DNA of 64,000 nt, from IMG/VR virus record IMGVR_UViG_3300038312_000168, positions 1 to 64,000 of that record. One strand, 5' to 3'. Source of the DNA: a virus. The notes under the pieces were generated by a model. That model worked only from the letters and a program-made list of their open reading frames with translations. It did no database searches and was not told the DNA's origin. Shown one piece after another: positions 43,904 through 53,175 of the stretch (the stretch's first letter is position 1; every line of letters starts with the position of its first letter). Position numbers and translations under genes: made by a program.

Positions 43904-46900
43904 TATCCGCACCTACTGTATCCACACGCACAAGTCTTACAACCTTCAACCATACTTAAATGTTCACCACATTCAGGACAGATATTTGATTCAGTCTTTA
44001 TTTCTTCCTTACATGGAATAGAAATTGGTTCTGATTCTTTATCAGGAATCAGACTTTCAATTACTCGACCGATAACATCCGAGCATGATTTTCCATCACA
44101 ATTACCTTCAGAGAATTTCTTGTAAGCGACAGGACAAGTAACATTACGTAAAGTCTTGATTATATCCCAGGTAGGAACATTCCAACGCATTGAAAGAGAA
44201 ATCATCTGTCCCAATGCATCATTCATAGCGGTGCAACCACCTTTGTTGTTTATAATGCATTCATAGGGTTTACCATCTTTTTCTGCAACGGAAATGATAA
44301 GTTTACCACAACCTGAACGTCTCTTACTATTTGTAGCGGGAAGATCAGATGGGCGCTTAGGTAGGATTCTACCATCGGGGAGTGGTGTTGTAGGGGTGGA
44401 ATCTTTCTTGAGTTCCATTACAATATCATCTCTGCTACCTGTTACATAAATGGTAACTCCCTTACATCCTTTCTCATAAGCGTAAAGAATAGCACTTCTA
44501 ATATCGTCTTTAGTAGCGCCTGGAGGCATGTTAATTGTCTTACTGATTGCAGCATGACAATACTGTTGAAACGCTGCCTGCATGTCAATGTGTGACTTCC
44601 AATCGATGTCAAGAGCCGTCTTGAACACAGATTTAAACTCTTTAGGCAACCATGTAATATCTTGAATAGTCCCTGTTTCGTAAGCATGATTGATTACTTC
44701 CTGCTTCTTTTTGTCCCATTGTGAAACCTCAACATGTGATTCAATGTAATTATTCAGTTTTTCTTCAAAGACTGGATCAACCATCAGGTATCCTTTCTTT
44801 TTACCATCTACCCATGTATACCGCTTGTGAACCAGGGAATAAACAGGTTCAATACCATATGAGGTTTCAGAGAGTGTTGCAATACTTCCAGTGGGTGCTA
44901 TACATGTTGTAGTTGCATTACGTATGGGTATATCATGTAGGAACCAATCAGAACCTTCATATGCTGGAAATACACCAAGTTCTTTTGCAAGTTCTCTTGA
45001 TGTTAGAACAGACATATCATTAAGAATGCCCATAACCTTTTTTGCCTGATACAGTGCATCAGAACTATCGTAAGGAATACCCATCTTCATTAGCATGTGA
45101 TGGAATCCCATGTAACCTAATCCAATCTTACGAGTCTTTCTACTCGCTTCTGCAATCTCTTCAATAGGATATTTGTTAAGATCAATAATCTTATCAAGAA
45201 ACTCTGTTGAAAGTTCAATGGTATTTATTAAATCATTTTGCATTAATCCATTATTATTAACAAAGTTAGATAAATTTATACTGCCTAGATTACATGATTC
45301 GCCTGGTAATAGTGGTTGCTCTCCGCAGTTAGAGGCCAATATGCCGTTGAAAATGCCAGTATGGTTCTTAGGCTCGTTGAAACAGTAAACCTTGTCTACA
45401 ATTTCATTGTTCCGTTCAATAGATACAATTTTAATAAACCTTTTTGCATCTCTTTTATTAGTTGTTACAGTGGGGACTCTATATGTTTTAAACCCAAGAT
45501 CAACCAATTTTTTAACATTAGATGCAGGAATTGTAAGTCTATAACAATCAAGACAATAATATTCTTTTTGACCACCATTACCATCGGGCATTAATTTATA
45601 ATCAGATTTTTTCATCAAATTAACAGAAGTATTAATACCAAGTGTATCAAGCATATATTTTACATCCATTAAAAAATCTCTTTTAACAGATGAAATAGCG
45701 ATACTACCTTCACTTGTATTTTTACATCCATCACTGTCAACAATTCCTGCTAACCATTCTAATCTTGATTTAATTGTATATGAACAATTAGGAACAAACA
45801 ATTTTTCATAATCACCCTGTAATGTAACAAGAATTCTATCGTGATCATCACTTTGATTATAATTAACACGTTTTGCATTTAAATATTCTACTAAATCTTT
45901 TTTAATTCCATATAAATATATATACTTTATACCATTTGATTGACATTTATAACCATCACCACTAAAGAAACCATGTGTATATGCAAATTCAAGTTCTTTT
46001 TTACCCTCAATAACGGGGTAATCACACTTGATAAGTTTGTCACCTACTACTAAATCCTTTGCTTCTTTTTTAACAATTTTATTTTTATTACCTTTATAAC
46101 CATATTGTAAAACAAACTTATGATAAGGAGTACATTTTACTTTGTTACCATCACTGAATGTTACTTCCATAACCTCTTGATCGTATCCAGTAACACACGG
46201 AGTAACAACACTCCATTCAAACCCATTCCAGATAGTTGTTTCTTTATCTACACACTCATCAATGCGCTTATATCCTTCATTGGTAAGAATGAGTGTTTCA
46301 CCAACCAAACACGGATTGGTTGCTTCAATATTACCAAGATGTTTGCAAGTATTATCATCATTAATTGTATTGTAGAATAATACCCCTGGTTCACCTGTCT
46401 TGGAAATTCCATCTACAATCTTATCAAAAACTTCTTTCGCTCTGATTGTTTTGTAAACTTTACCATCGAAGTGAAGATTATACTCTTTATCATTCTTTAC
46501 AGCACTAATAAATTCATCATCAATCATTACAGAAATATTGAAGTTAGAAAGATCACCTTCAGTATTCTTACACGCAATGAACTTCTCAATATCTGGATGC
46601 CAAACAGGGAGAACACCCATATTCGCACCCCTTCTTTTAGATCCCTGAACCACAGCACCAGTAGCAGCATTAAACACTTTCATGAAAGAAATGGGGCCTG
46701 ATGCAACACCATCTGTTCCATTTACTTTGTCACCTTCAGGTCGAAGATTACCAAAGGAAAATCCTGTTCCACCTGCTGCCTTATGAATTAATGCGGCATT
46801 TTTAATTGCATCAAAAATACTTTCCATTGAATCATTTACAGGAATTACAAAACATGCAGAAAGTTGTCCTATTTCCGTTCCTGCATTCATAAGTGTAGGC

Positions 46901-47064
46901 GAATTAGGCACAAAATCTTTATTCACCATCATATCATAGTAAATCTCTCGTTCATCGTCCGTATTTCCTACATAGTCTGCAACTCTTCTACAGACATCTT
47001 CCCAGGACGATTCACCTTCACGGAAATAACGAGCAGCAAGAACTTCATTAACAATGTCACTCAT
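43903..47064 (-). CDS. nrdJ: class II (B12-dependent type) ribonucleotide reductase interrupted by an intein (1053 aa precursor)
   Basis: PNSPTLMNAG, LSACFV, GGTGFSFG.LRP, ASGPISFM, KRRGA, ...ATNP[C-intein-N]CGEQPL..ESCNLGSINL; C-terminal Zn-ribbon CPECG...CKTCACG. Confidence 0.9.
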   Translation of the reverse strand: MSDIVNEVLAARYFREGESSWEDVCRRVADYVGNTDDEREIYYDMMVNKDFVPNSPTLMNAGTEIGQLSACFVIPVNDSMESIFDAIKNAALIHKAAGGTGFSFGNLRPEGDKVNGTDGVASGPISFMKVFNAATGAVVQGSKRRGANMGVLPVWHPDIEKFIACKNTEGDLSNFNISVMIDDEFISAVKNDKEYNLHFDGKVYKTIRAKEVFDKIVDGISKTGEPGVLFYNTINDDNTCKHLGNIEATNPCLVGETLILTNEGYKRIDECVDKETTIWNGFEWSVVTPCVTGYDQEVMEVTFSDGNKVKCTPYHKFVLQYGYKGNKNKIVKKEAKDLVVGDKLIKCDYPVIEGKKELEFAYTHGFFSGDGYKCQSNGIKYIYLYGIKKDLVEYLNAKRVNYNQSDDHDRILVTLQGDYEKLFVPNCSYTIKSRLEWLAGIVDSDGCKNTSEGSIAISSVKRDFLMDVKYMLDTLGINTSVNLMKKSDYKLMPDGNGGQKEYYCLDCYRLTIPASNVKKLVDLGFKTYRVPTVTTNKRDAKRFIKIVSIERNNEIVDKVYCFNEPKNHTGIFNGILASNCGEQPLLPGESCNLGSINLSNFVNNNGLMQNDLINTIELSTEFLDKIIDLNKYPIEEIAEASRKTRKIGLGYMGFHHMLMKMGIPYDSSDALYQAKKVMGILNDMSVLTSRELAKELGVFPAYEGSDWFLHDIPIRNATTTCIAPTGSIATLSETSYGIEPVYSLVHKRYTWVDGKKKGYLMVDPVFEEKLNNYIESHVEVSQWDKKKQEVINHAYETGTIQDITWLPKEFKSVFKTALDIDWKSHIDMQAAFQQYCHAAISKTINMPPGATKDDIRSAILYAYEKGCKGVTIYVTGSRDDIVMELKKDSTPTTPLPDGRILPKRPSDLPATNSKRRSGCGKLIISVAEKDGKPYECIINNKGGCTAMNDALGQMISLSMRWNVPTWDIIKTLRNVTCPVAYKKFSEGNCDGKSCSDVIGRVIESLIPDKESEPISIPCKEEIKTESNICPECGEHLSMVEGCKTCACGYSRCG
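45328..46311 (-). mobile_element. intein (328 aa) with LAGLIDADG homing endonuclease domain in the RNR NPCGEQ active-site loop
   Basis: Begins Cys (CLVGETLIL; codon at 46309-46311), ends ...GILASN (45328-45330) followed by +1 Cys of CGEQ; two dodecapeptide motifs YTHGFFSGDGY and LEWLAGIVDSDGC. Confidence 0.9.
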
Positions 47065-47069
47065 AGTAA

Positions 47070-47423
47070 TTACCTCTTGAATAGTTTGTAAGTGTAAGCA
47101 TGTGCATTGAAGTAATCAGCACAACACTTTGCAGTCTTTGGTCCATTGAATGTTTTACAAGAGAATACATCAATATAACAACAATCTGTTTCCTCACTGA
47201 AATGTGCAGTGATGCACGATGTTTCAATAAGTTGTATTACAGAGTAACCATAGAGTTGTGGTTCAGTTCCAAACCGTTCTATAACCATTTCACCATGACG
47301 TTTCATGTCAATAAAGTTACAAAGATCAATCATCCACGCCTTGATATATTCACCATCACAAATCTTTTCATGATTGCACTCAAAAAGATTCATGTGTAAG
47401 GATAAACCAAAATCACCCTTCAA
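47070..47423 (-). CDS. pyruvoyl-type S-adenosylmethionine decarboxylase-like protein (SpeH/AdoMetDC family, ~117 aa)
   Basis: GYSVIQLIETSCITAHFSEETDCCYIDVFSCK aligns by eye with G.tgvvllaESHisiHTwPE.gyaa.DvFtCG; no ATG near 5' end; TTG 47423 sits 6 nt after GGTGGA (alternative ATG 47393). Confidence 0.55.
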   Translation of the reverse strand: MKGDFGLSLHMNLFECNHEKICDGEYIKAWMIDLCNFIDMKRHGEMVIERFGTEPQLYGYSVIQLIETSCITAHFSEETDCCYIDVFSCKTFNGPKTAKCCADYFNAHAYTYKLFKR

Positions 47424-47424
47424 G

Positions 47425-47694
47425 TTATTCCACCTTCTCAAGTCTCATTACCATTTTCTCATACTCATAATACTTATTTGTCTTTTCAATAATACGTGTC
47501 TGTGCATTTTTAATTACGGGTTCATCCATAGCCATTGCAAGAATCTGTCCCGATTCATCGCGGATTACAAATGTAGGATTACCTGAAAGAAAATGAGAGA
47601 ATGTTGCCTTAACATACTGTTCATTCTGTTCTTGTCGTTTCCGTTCTTCATGCATTGCTGCAATCTGTTTTGAATTTTGGGGTTTGTAAACCAT
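47425..47694 (-). CDS. hypothetical protein (89 aa)
   Basis: ATG 47694 with GGAG 9 nt upstream (track start is TTG). Confidence 0.5.
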   Translation of the reverse strand: MVYKPQNSKQIAAMHEERKRQEQNEQYVKATFSHFLSGNPTFVIRDESGQILAMAMDEPVIKNAQTRIIEKTNKYYEYEKMVMRLEKVE

Positions 47695-47695
47695 C

Positions 47696-48361
47696 TTAAT
47701 CAACTCCTACAAGTCTTTCAATATCATTTTCATCTCGCGTTATATAAATGTGTGGAATTAGACTTACGTGTTGATAGCGTCCAATAGGTAATCCAAGTGC
47801 ATCTGCAATGTATTTCTGAAGATGCACAAGTCCAAACGCATTTTGACCGAAGGCAGCGCACATATCGTTGCTACGGAAGGTTACATTCATGCACAACTTT
47901 CCATCTATGATTACACATTGCACATGATTTAAACAGGGACAATTCTCCATATCAAAGTGTAGAGGTGGATTCCACAGAGACATAACCGCTTGACGGGAAG
48001 TAGGATGATCTCTAAGTTCATTGATTACGTAGGCAACCTGATTGAAATGGCTATAAACAAAATCATAACATTCCTCATCACCATACATATAATCAAACAT
48101 CAAATCATGATACGTGTAATCAAAATCTGCCTTAGTTCCATTAAGAATCTGATCTGCATACTGTTCTGCAAATAGTTTACCAAAAGGTGCTCGCTCACTT
48201 ACCATTGGTTCTGTAAACGGATTATCAATTACAATGCAAGAACCATCAATTTCAAGTGTCTTTTCCCCTTTCGTTGTAATACGCCCGTAACCTTTATTGT
48301 ATATTTCCTTTACAATAAGTTCATGTGCGTGTCCAATGCAATACGTATGAATCAGTTTCAT
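47696..48361 (-). CDS. thymidylate synthase (ThyA) family enzyme, short archaeal type (221 aa); TS versus dUMP hydroxymethylase unresolved
   Basis: RQAVMSLWNP, CPCLNHVQCVI (catalytic Cys), FRSNDMCAAFGQNAFG, PHIY: the ordered ThyA-family motifs. Confidence 0.75.
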   Translation of the reverse strand: MKLIHTYCIGHAHELIVKEIYNKGYGRITTKGEKTLEIDGSCIVIDNPFTEPMVSERAPFGKLFAEQYADQILNGTKADFDYTYHDLMFDYMYGDEECYDFVYSHFNQVAYVINELRDHPTSRQAVMSLWNPPLHFDMENCPCLNHVQCVIIDGKLCMNVTFRSNDMCAAFGQNAFGLVHLQKYIADALGLPIGRYQHVSLIPHIYITRDENDIERLVGVD

Positions 48362-48363
48362 TT

Positions 48364-49236
48364 TTACACCAACATCTGTTTCAAGTAAAAGTCAATCTCA
48401 CTCTGCATATAATTAAGCGATAAATTGTTGTTTAATCTACACGTAAACAATTCACTGTCTCTGTGTATCGTAAACATTCCTTCATCTCTCTCTACACGTT
48501 CCTTGCCTACACGTTTAATTCTGGTAGACAAATCAGCGTAGACACGAATGCACTTGATGTCATACACTTCACCGAAGTTCTGCATGAGGTAAATCAATCC
48601 ACGCTCATCAATTACATATGTGTTATAATCCAGCACATCCTTCTTCAAACAACAGTAACGATACCCACCAAACTCTGTGTAGGCAATCATATCATCGCGT
48701 GAGAAGGTATCAAACTCTTCTTTGGTTACAAAAGTATGTCCTGTCTCACCTGGATAACGTATAGGACGATCCGTGTAGGACTCCATCATCTTGATACCAT
48801 GCTCACGCTCAATATACTCTGCAATGGTTGTCTTACCACTTCCTGACTCGCCCACAATACAGATAATAAGGGGTTTACGATTTACCTTACGCATTACATG
48901 GTAGCGAATATCATTCCAACAAATAACCCTGTGTGAGTATTCCTTATCATCAATATAAATATCTGCACCAATCTTTCTACAATCATTACCATATTCCTCA
49001 ATGCGGTAACAAAGATTCTCATTGACATCATTGAACTTGATTTCATTATCAATGAGAAATTCAACCATTTCACGTTCTTCTCTCCCTTGACGACATGAAT
49101 TGATGATAATATCATGTCCCTCATCATATAGTTCATTGATTACCTCTTTAGCATTACGCTTCAGATAACCAATGTCAGGATACTTGTTTGTTACAATAGT
49201 CCCGTCAAAATCTACTGCAATAACTAATTTCTTCAT
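48364..49236 (-). CDS. fusion protein: HAD-family (deoxy)nucleotidase-like phosphatase + guanylate-kinase-like P-loop kinase (290 aa)
   Basis: N-terminus IAVDFDGTIV (DxDGT) ... ADIYIDD; C-terminus IVGESGSGKTT plus SYTDRPIRYPGETGHTFVTKEEF (GK signature s.TtR.pR.gE..G..Y.Fv..eeF); ATG 49236 in TAATG overlap. Confidence 0.7.
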   Translation of the reverse strand: MKKLVIAVDFDGTIVTNKYPDIGYLKRNAKEVINELYDEGHDIIINSCRQGREEREMVEFLIDNEIKFNDVNENLCYRIEEYGNDCRKIGADIYIDDKEYSHRVICWNDIRYHVMRKVNRKPLIICIVGESGSGKTTIAEYIEREHGIKMMESYTDRPIRYPGETGHTFVTKEEFDTFSRDDMIAYTEFGGYRYCCLKKDVLDYNTYVIDERGLIYLMQNFGEVYDIKCIRVYADLSTRIKRVGKERVERDEGMFTIHRDSELFTCRLNNNLSLNYMQSEIDFYLKQMLV

Positions 49237-49664
49237 TAAGTCACCACACATACAATAATAAATCCAATCATAAAACCAATAAGAATACAAACAATGTAAG
49301 AATAATTTTGATCTATTATATTACCAATAGTTCTTTCTTTGACTTGTTCATCAGTAATCAAAACTTCTTCCTCTTCTTCTTCCATATTCTCCAATTCTTC
49401 AATGATCATATCCACATCAATGAATCGTGCTTCTGGTTGTGGATTTACTTCTGCCATTGATTTAAGTGTAAAGAGAGAACGTGTAACAACAACAGCAAGT
49501 TCTTCATCCTCAAATGATGCAATATTCACTGCACCATTGACAAATCCATTAACATCATACATTCCTGTTATGTCATTGTAATGACACTCAAATCCACAGA
49601 AATCGAGGAAATTGTAAGGAGTGTAACATTTACACTCCTCATTGTAAATATCCAGGCAAATCAA
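49236..49664 (-). CDS. Cys-rich, acidic, C-terminally membrane-anchored protein (142 aa)
   Basis: TTG start 5-6 nt after GAAGGTG; N-terminal C..C.C...C..C, poly-Glu stretch, C-terminal TM (YIVCILIGFMIGFIIVCVV). Confidence 0.5.
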   Translation of the reverse strand: MICLDIYNEECKCYTPYNFLDFCGFECHYNDITGMYDVNGFVNGAVNIASFEDEELAVVVTRSLFTLKSMAEVNPQPEARFIDVDMIIEELENMEEEEEEVLITDEQVKERTIGNIIDQNYSYIVCILIGFMIGFIIVCVVT

Positions 49665-50555
49665 TTAAACACCTTCAATCTGAATATCCCTGATTCTCTG
49701 TTGATAATACTGGAAAATGTTTCTAGGTGCACAACAATTATGTTTCTTACATTCTTCATTAATATATTGCGCAACTAACGGCATTGCAACTTTAATATCA
49801 GTAAAGTCATTACCAATGTCTGTTCTTACCTTTTCTATTGCACCGTAAATTTCAGAATCAGGTAATGTAGGTAACTGAATCTTACCTATTTCTTCCATTC
49901 TAGGTATCTTTTCCAGAGAAGGAAGATCCTGTTTCTCTTTGAAATAAACAATACCCCTCTTAGTTCCTGCACCTTCACCACAATTCCAGGGCAATTCAGC
50001 CCAAACTTTACCTACAACACCCTCCATGCTGTTTTCTTTCGCCTTTGTAATCATCTCATCTTTAAATTCATACAGAGATTCAATTGTAGAAACATTGCAC
50101 GTTCCATACAATTCTACAACCGGAATATCAAAGTGATAACAGGTCTGATACACTTTGTTATAATGAAGGAATCTGTTTTGTTTTGCGCTCCAAATATCAA
50201 ACACTACAAAATCATAATCCTCATGCATCTCAATACGTGTAGGTGAACGTCCTTTCATTAACATTTCACCAAAAACAACTAATTCATCACCATAATCACG
50301 CTCATTTAGAATCATGTCACGGATTGCATCAACATGGGATGTCTGATTGAATCCACTGTAAAACATATCAGAGGCATTTGCTAGATTCCTACTGCGTAAA
50401 TGAATGTTATTTTCATCATTTAAACAGATTCCAAGGCAGGAACCATCTCTTTTTACTTGAAAAAAGATTTCCTGACCCAAAAGAATCTCAGGGTTAGGTT
50501 TCAGATTCGCAATCCTTTCAAGTTCTGGATACTTGATCTTGTCTATCTCAATCAT
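49665..50555 (-). CDS. ATP-dependent polynucleotide ligase, RNA-ligase-like motif I (296 aa)
   Basis: Nucleotidyltransferase motifs QVKRDGSC (I, KxDGS without the DNA-ligase Arg), VVFGEM (III), FVVFDI (IV), EGVVGK ... YFKEK (V). Confidence 0.6.
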   Translation of the reverse strand: MIEIDKIKYPELERIANLKPNPEILLGQEIFFQVKRDGSCLGICLNDENNIHLRSRNLANASDMFYSGFNQTSHVDAIRDMILNERDYGDELVVFGEMLMKGRSPTRIEMHEDYDFVVFDIWSAKQNRFLHYNKVYQTCYHFDIPVVELYGTCNVSTIESLYEFKDEMITKAKENSMEGVVGKVWAELPWNCGEGAGTKRGIVYFKEKQDLPSLEKIPRMEEIGKIQLPTLPDSEIYGAIEKVRTDIGNDFTDIKVAMPLVAQYINEECKKHNCCAPRNIFQYYQQRIRDIQIEGV

Positions 50556-50651
50556 CCTTTCACCTGCATAATTAGTTTTCAGTTTGATTATTTATGTCTT
50601 ATGTTTTGAACAGAAAAAAGAATAGTCGCTTTACACGATAACAATGTGCCT

Positions 50652-50788
50652 CTACAATCAAAAAATCATACCGGAATCATATCGTTTTCGTATGTTTCCA
50701 GACCCTATCTTTCTTTGGACGGGTGTTTATACCTTTGAAAAAGATAGGTGTCAGAAATGCACGTTTTACTCAAAGAATTGAAGAGATT
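50652..50788 (+). repeat. copy D of five-copy intergenic element
   Basis: CTACAATCAAAAAATC ... CCAGACCCTATCT ... TTTATACC ... CACGTTTTACTCAAAGAATTGAAGAGATT; ends 10 nt from polB stop; contains hairpin CCTATCTTT/AAAGATAGG. Confidence 0.8.
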
Positions 50789-50798
50789 TTATATTCCT

Positions 50799-53123
50799 CT
50801 ACCAGAAACGTTCTATTCCGTCTAATTCGTGTATATTCCATCCCATGCTCAAGAATATGTAATTGAACTTCTCACGTATCAACTTCTCTTCCATGCGCGC
50901 ATAATCTATAACGAATCCTTCAGGTATTGGTTGTTCATCGGTGAATGATATTGCATGTGTCTTAGGCAGTCCTGGTGGAACATCTTTAACATAGATATAT
51001 TTCATCTTCTCCATTTTGATATTACCATTGCAGTATTTATTGAAATAAATTGCACCATGAATGTGAATAGGCATGTTGGAAGTATATTCGTGAAAATCCT
51101 TTGATACACCTTTTGGAATACCTATTTCATAAGGAGAATAAACACCTGCAATGATCTTGTCCCTTACTTCTTTCACTAATGGAAATATCTCTTCCTTACC
51201 CTTTCCGGTAAGAATCATCTTGAATACATTACTTTGTAACTCTCTGATTACGGTAGGTGTATCACTACGCTTTGCCTCAAATCCTTTGATTTCAAGTTTG
51301 GGATGGTCGGATATATCAGCACCATCCTTGTAGACAATTAGACCGGCATAACGCTTCTTTACCGCATTGTCATATTCATCGCCTACAAAGAATACATTGC
51401 CATAAATCTTTTCAAATTCAATGAACATTTTGTTATAGGTTGAATCACCAAATTCTGATTCACAAAAGTAATCAAGTGAGTTATTAATGTAATCGATTAT
51501 TTCAATGCCCTCATCAATTACGTCCTTAGCATCCTCCTTTTTCAATTTAAACAGAATAGCGTCGGTGTCCCCGCCCACAATCTCATGTTCTCTTTCCTTT
51601 ACCTTTTCCTGCATCCACAAATTAGTTCTCCGTCCAAAGTAAGTAATAGATTTACCAATATCTCTTGTAAACAACCTGAAATGAGGAGCAAGCATCACTC
51701 CATACACTGAATTGAGTAGGAACTTACAAACAGTCTGAATAGTATCCCACATCTCGTAATCATGAGAACCAAGTTCAAATGTGTCACGCTTATTTTTAAA
51801 CTTTTGTCGCAAGTTCCAAAGATCCTCAACAACACGCGGAATGAAACCGCGCTTGTCTAAACTAAAGTAAACATCATCAACGGTAACATAATTGTTACAT
51901 TTTGTTACATCGGTAACAATCGTTTCTGGTGACATATTACACGTAAGAATCGCTGTAGGATACAAAGAGCGCACATCACCTACTGCTACATTCTGATGGA
52001 CTCCTACGGTTGGTGTAATGACAATAGCACCTGTAATCTTTGTGTAATCCTTCTGCTTACGAGTAGTGGGTAAGACAATACCATACTCCTTCGCCTTGAG
52101 TAAAAAGAAACAATCAAGCACCTTACTGTTGTAGAATACATCATACCAACTGCAAAAGGTAAAGCGACGAATAGTATCAAAATATTTGACAATGCCCTTT
52201 GACTCTTCGATCTTTACCATGAGGTAGACATCTTTGATATTATACTCGATGAACTTGTCAAGATTATTGCGCCAAAAGTCCTCAAACTTCTCTTGATGTT
52301 CAATTTTACCTGCACCCAATTCATAACGTGATATATAATCCAGGGAGTATGATTCCATTTCTTGTGTAGACAGTTTCTTGTAGCACACCATTAAATCTAA
52401 CCAAATCCTACAGCGCGGTTTGTCTACAATGTCACCATAACCCTTACCCATCTGTTTAATGGGAGACAACAAACGTGGATTAATCTTCAACGCTTTCATA
52501 CGATTAAATAGGTAAGGATAATCAAATCTATCACCATTCCAGGCAAGGAATAAATCAAAATCAAGTTGTTGCACCAATGCAAGGAATTTATTAAGCATTT
52601 CCTTTTCGGTAACAAACATAAAAACACGCGCTTCAACTTCATTACCATCGAATTGAATCTTACGAGTGTATTTGTCCTTACTGACTACTCCATCAGGTGC
52701 AACCGTAAAACAATAATAGAGATTACGGAAGTTGTCATAGGCAGCAATGGAAGTAATCATAGTGTCTGCCTTCGAGATATTGGGTATTCCATCCGTCTCA
52801 ATATCAAAAAAACATACCCTAATCACCTCACTTTCAATACCTTTCTGGTAGTAATTATCAATCAGGTATCTAATAGTAGGGGGCACATCACCTTCATACG
52901 TAAATTCATGCAGTTTTCTCGATGATTTGAAGTCCTTTTGATTAACGCATGTAATACGCTGTAATGTCTCTCCAAACAGAGAGTAGTAGGTTTCTCCTAC
53001 AATGTTCTGTCGAGGCACATAAAAATAGGGTTGAAAGCGATTGATACGTTGCTCATAACGCTCACCGTGTTCATCTCGACCACGAATGATAATAGAATCC
53101 CCTATTGACTCGGTTATAATCAT
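50799..53123 (-). CDS. polB: family B DNA polymerase (774 aa)
   Basis: Exo I FFDIETD, Exo II NGDRFDYPYL, Exo III YNIKDVYL; Pol A DVRSLYPTAI, Pol B KFLLNSVYG, Pol C GGDTDA, KKRYAG. Confidence 0.95.
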   Translation of the reverse strand: MIITESIGDSIIIRGRDEHGERYEQRINRFQPYFYVPRQNIVGETYYSLFGETLQRITCVNQKDFKSSRKLHEFTYEGDVPPTIRYLIDNYYQKGIESEVIRVCFFDIETDGIPNISKADTMITSIAAYDNFRNLYYCFTVAPDGVVSKDKYTRKIQFDGNEVEARVFMFVTEKEMLNKFLALVQQLDFDLFLAWNGDRFDYPYLFNRMKALKINPRLLSPIKQMGKGYGDIVDKPRCRIWLDLMVCYKKLSTQEMESYSLDYISRYELGAGKIEHQEKFEDFWRNNLDKFIEYNIKDVYLMVKIEESKGIVKYFDTIRRFTFCSWYDVFYNSKVLDCFFLLKAKEYGIVLPTTRKQKDYTKITGAIVITPTVGVHQNVAVGDVRSLYPTAILTCNMSPETIVTDVTKCNNYVTVDDVYFSLDKRGFIPRVVEDLWNLRQKFKNKRDTFELGSHDYEMWDTIQTVCKFLLNSVYGVMLAPHFRLFTRDIGKSITYFGRRTNLWMQEKVKEREHEIVGGDTDAILFKLKKEDAKDVIDEGIEIIDYINNSLDYFCESEFGDSTYNKMFIEFEKIYGNVFFVGDEYDNAVKKRYAGLIVYKDGADISDHPKLEIKGFEAKRSDTPTVIRELQSNVFKMILTGKGKEEIFPLVKEVRDKIIAGVYSPYEIGIPKGVSKDFHEYTSNMPIHIHGAIYFNKYCNGNIKMEKMKYIYVKDVPPGLPKTHAISFTDEQPIPEGFVIDYARMEEKLIREKFNYIFLSMGWNIHELDGIERFW

Positions 53124-53175
53124 GTGTAATGATTATAGTTTGAAGGGTTATAAACTTACTGAAATGAAAAAAGAG

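Noticed and set aside
44442-47091. Short ORFs on both strands inside the RNR/intein gene
   Set aside because: All are nested in a 1053-codon ORF with unmistakable RNR and intein motifs.
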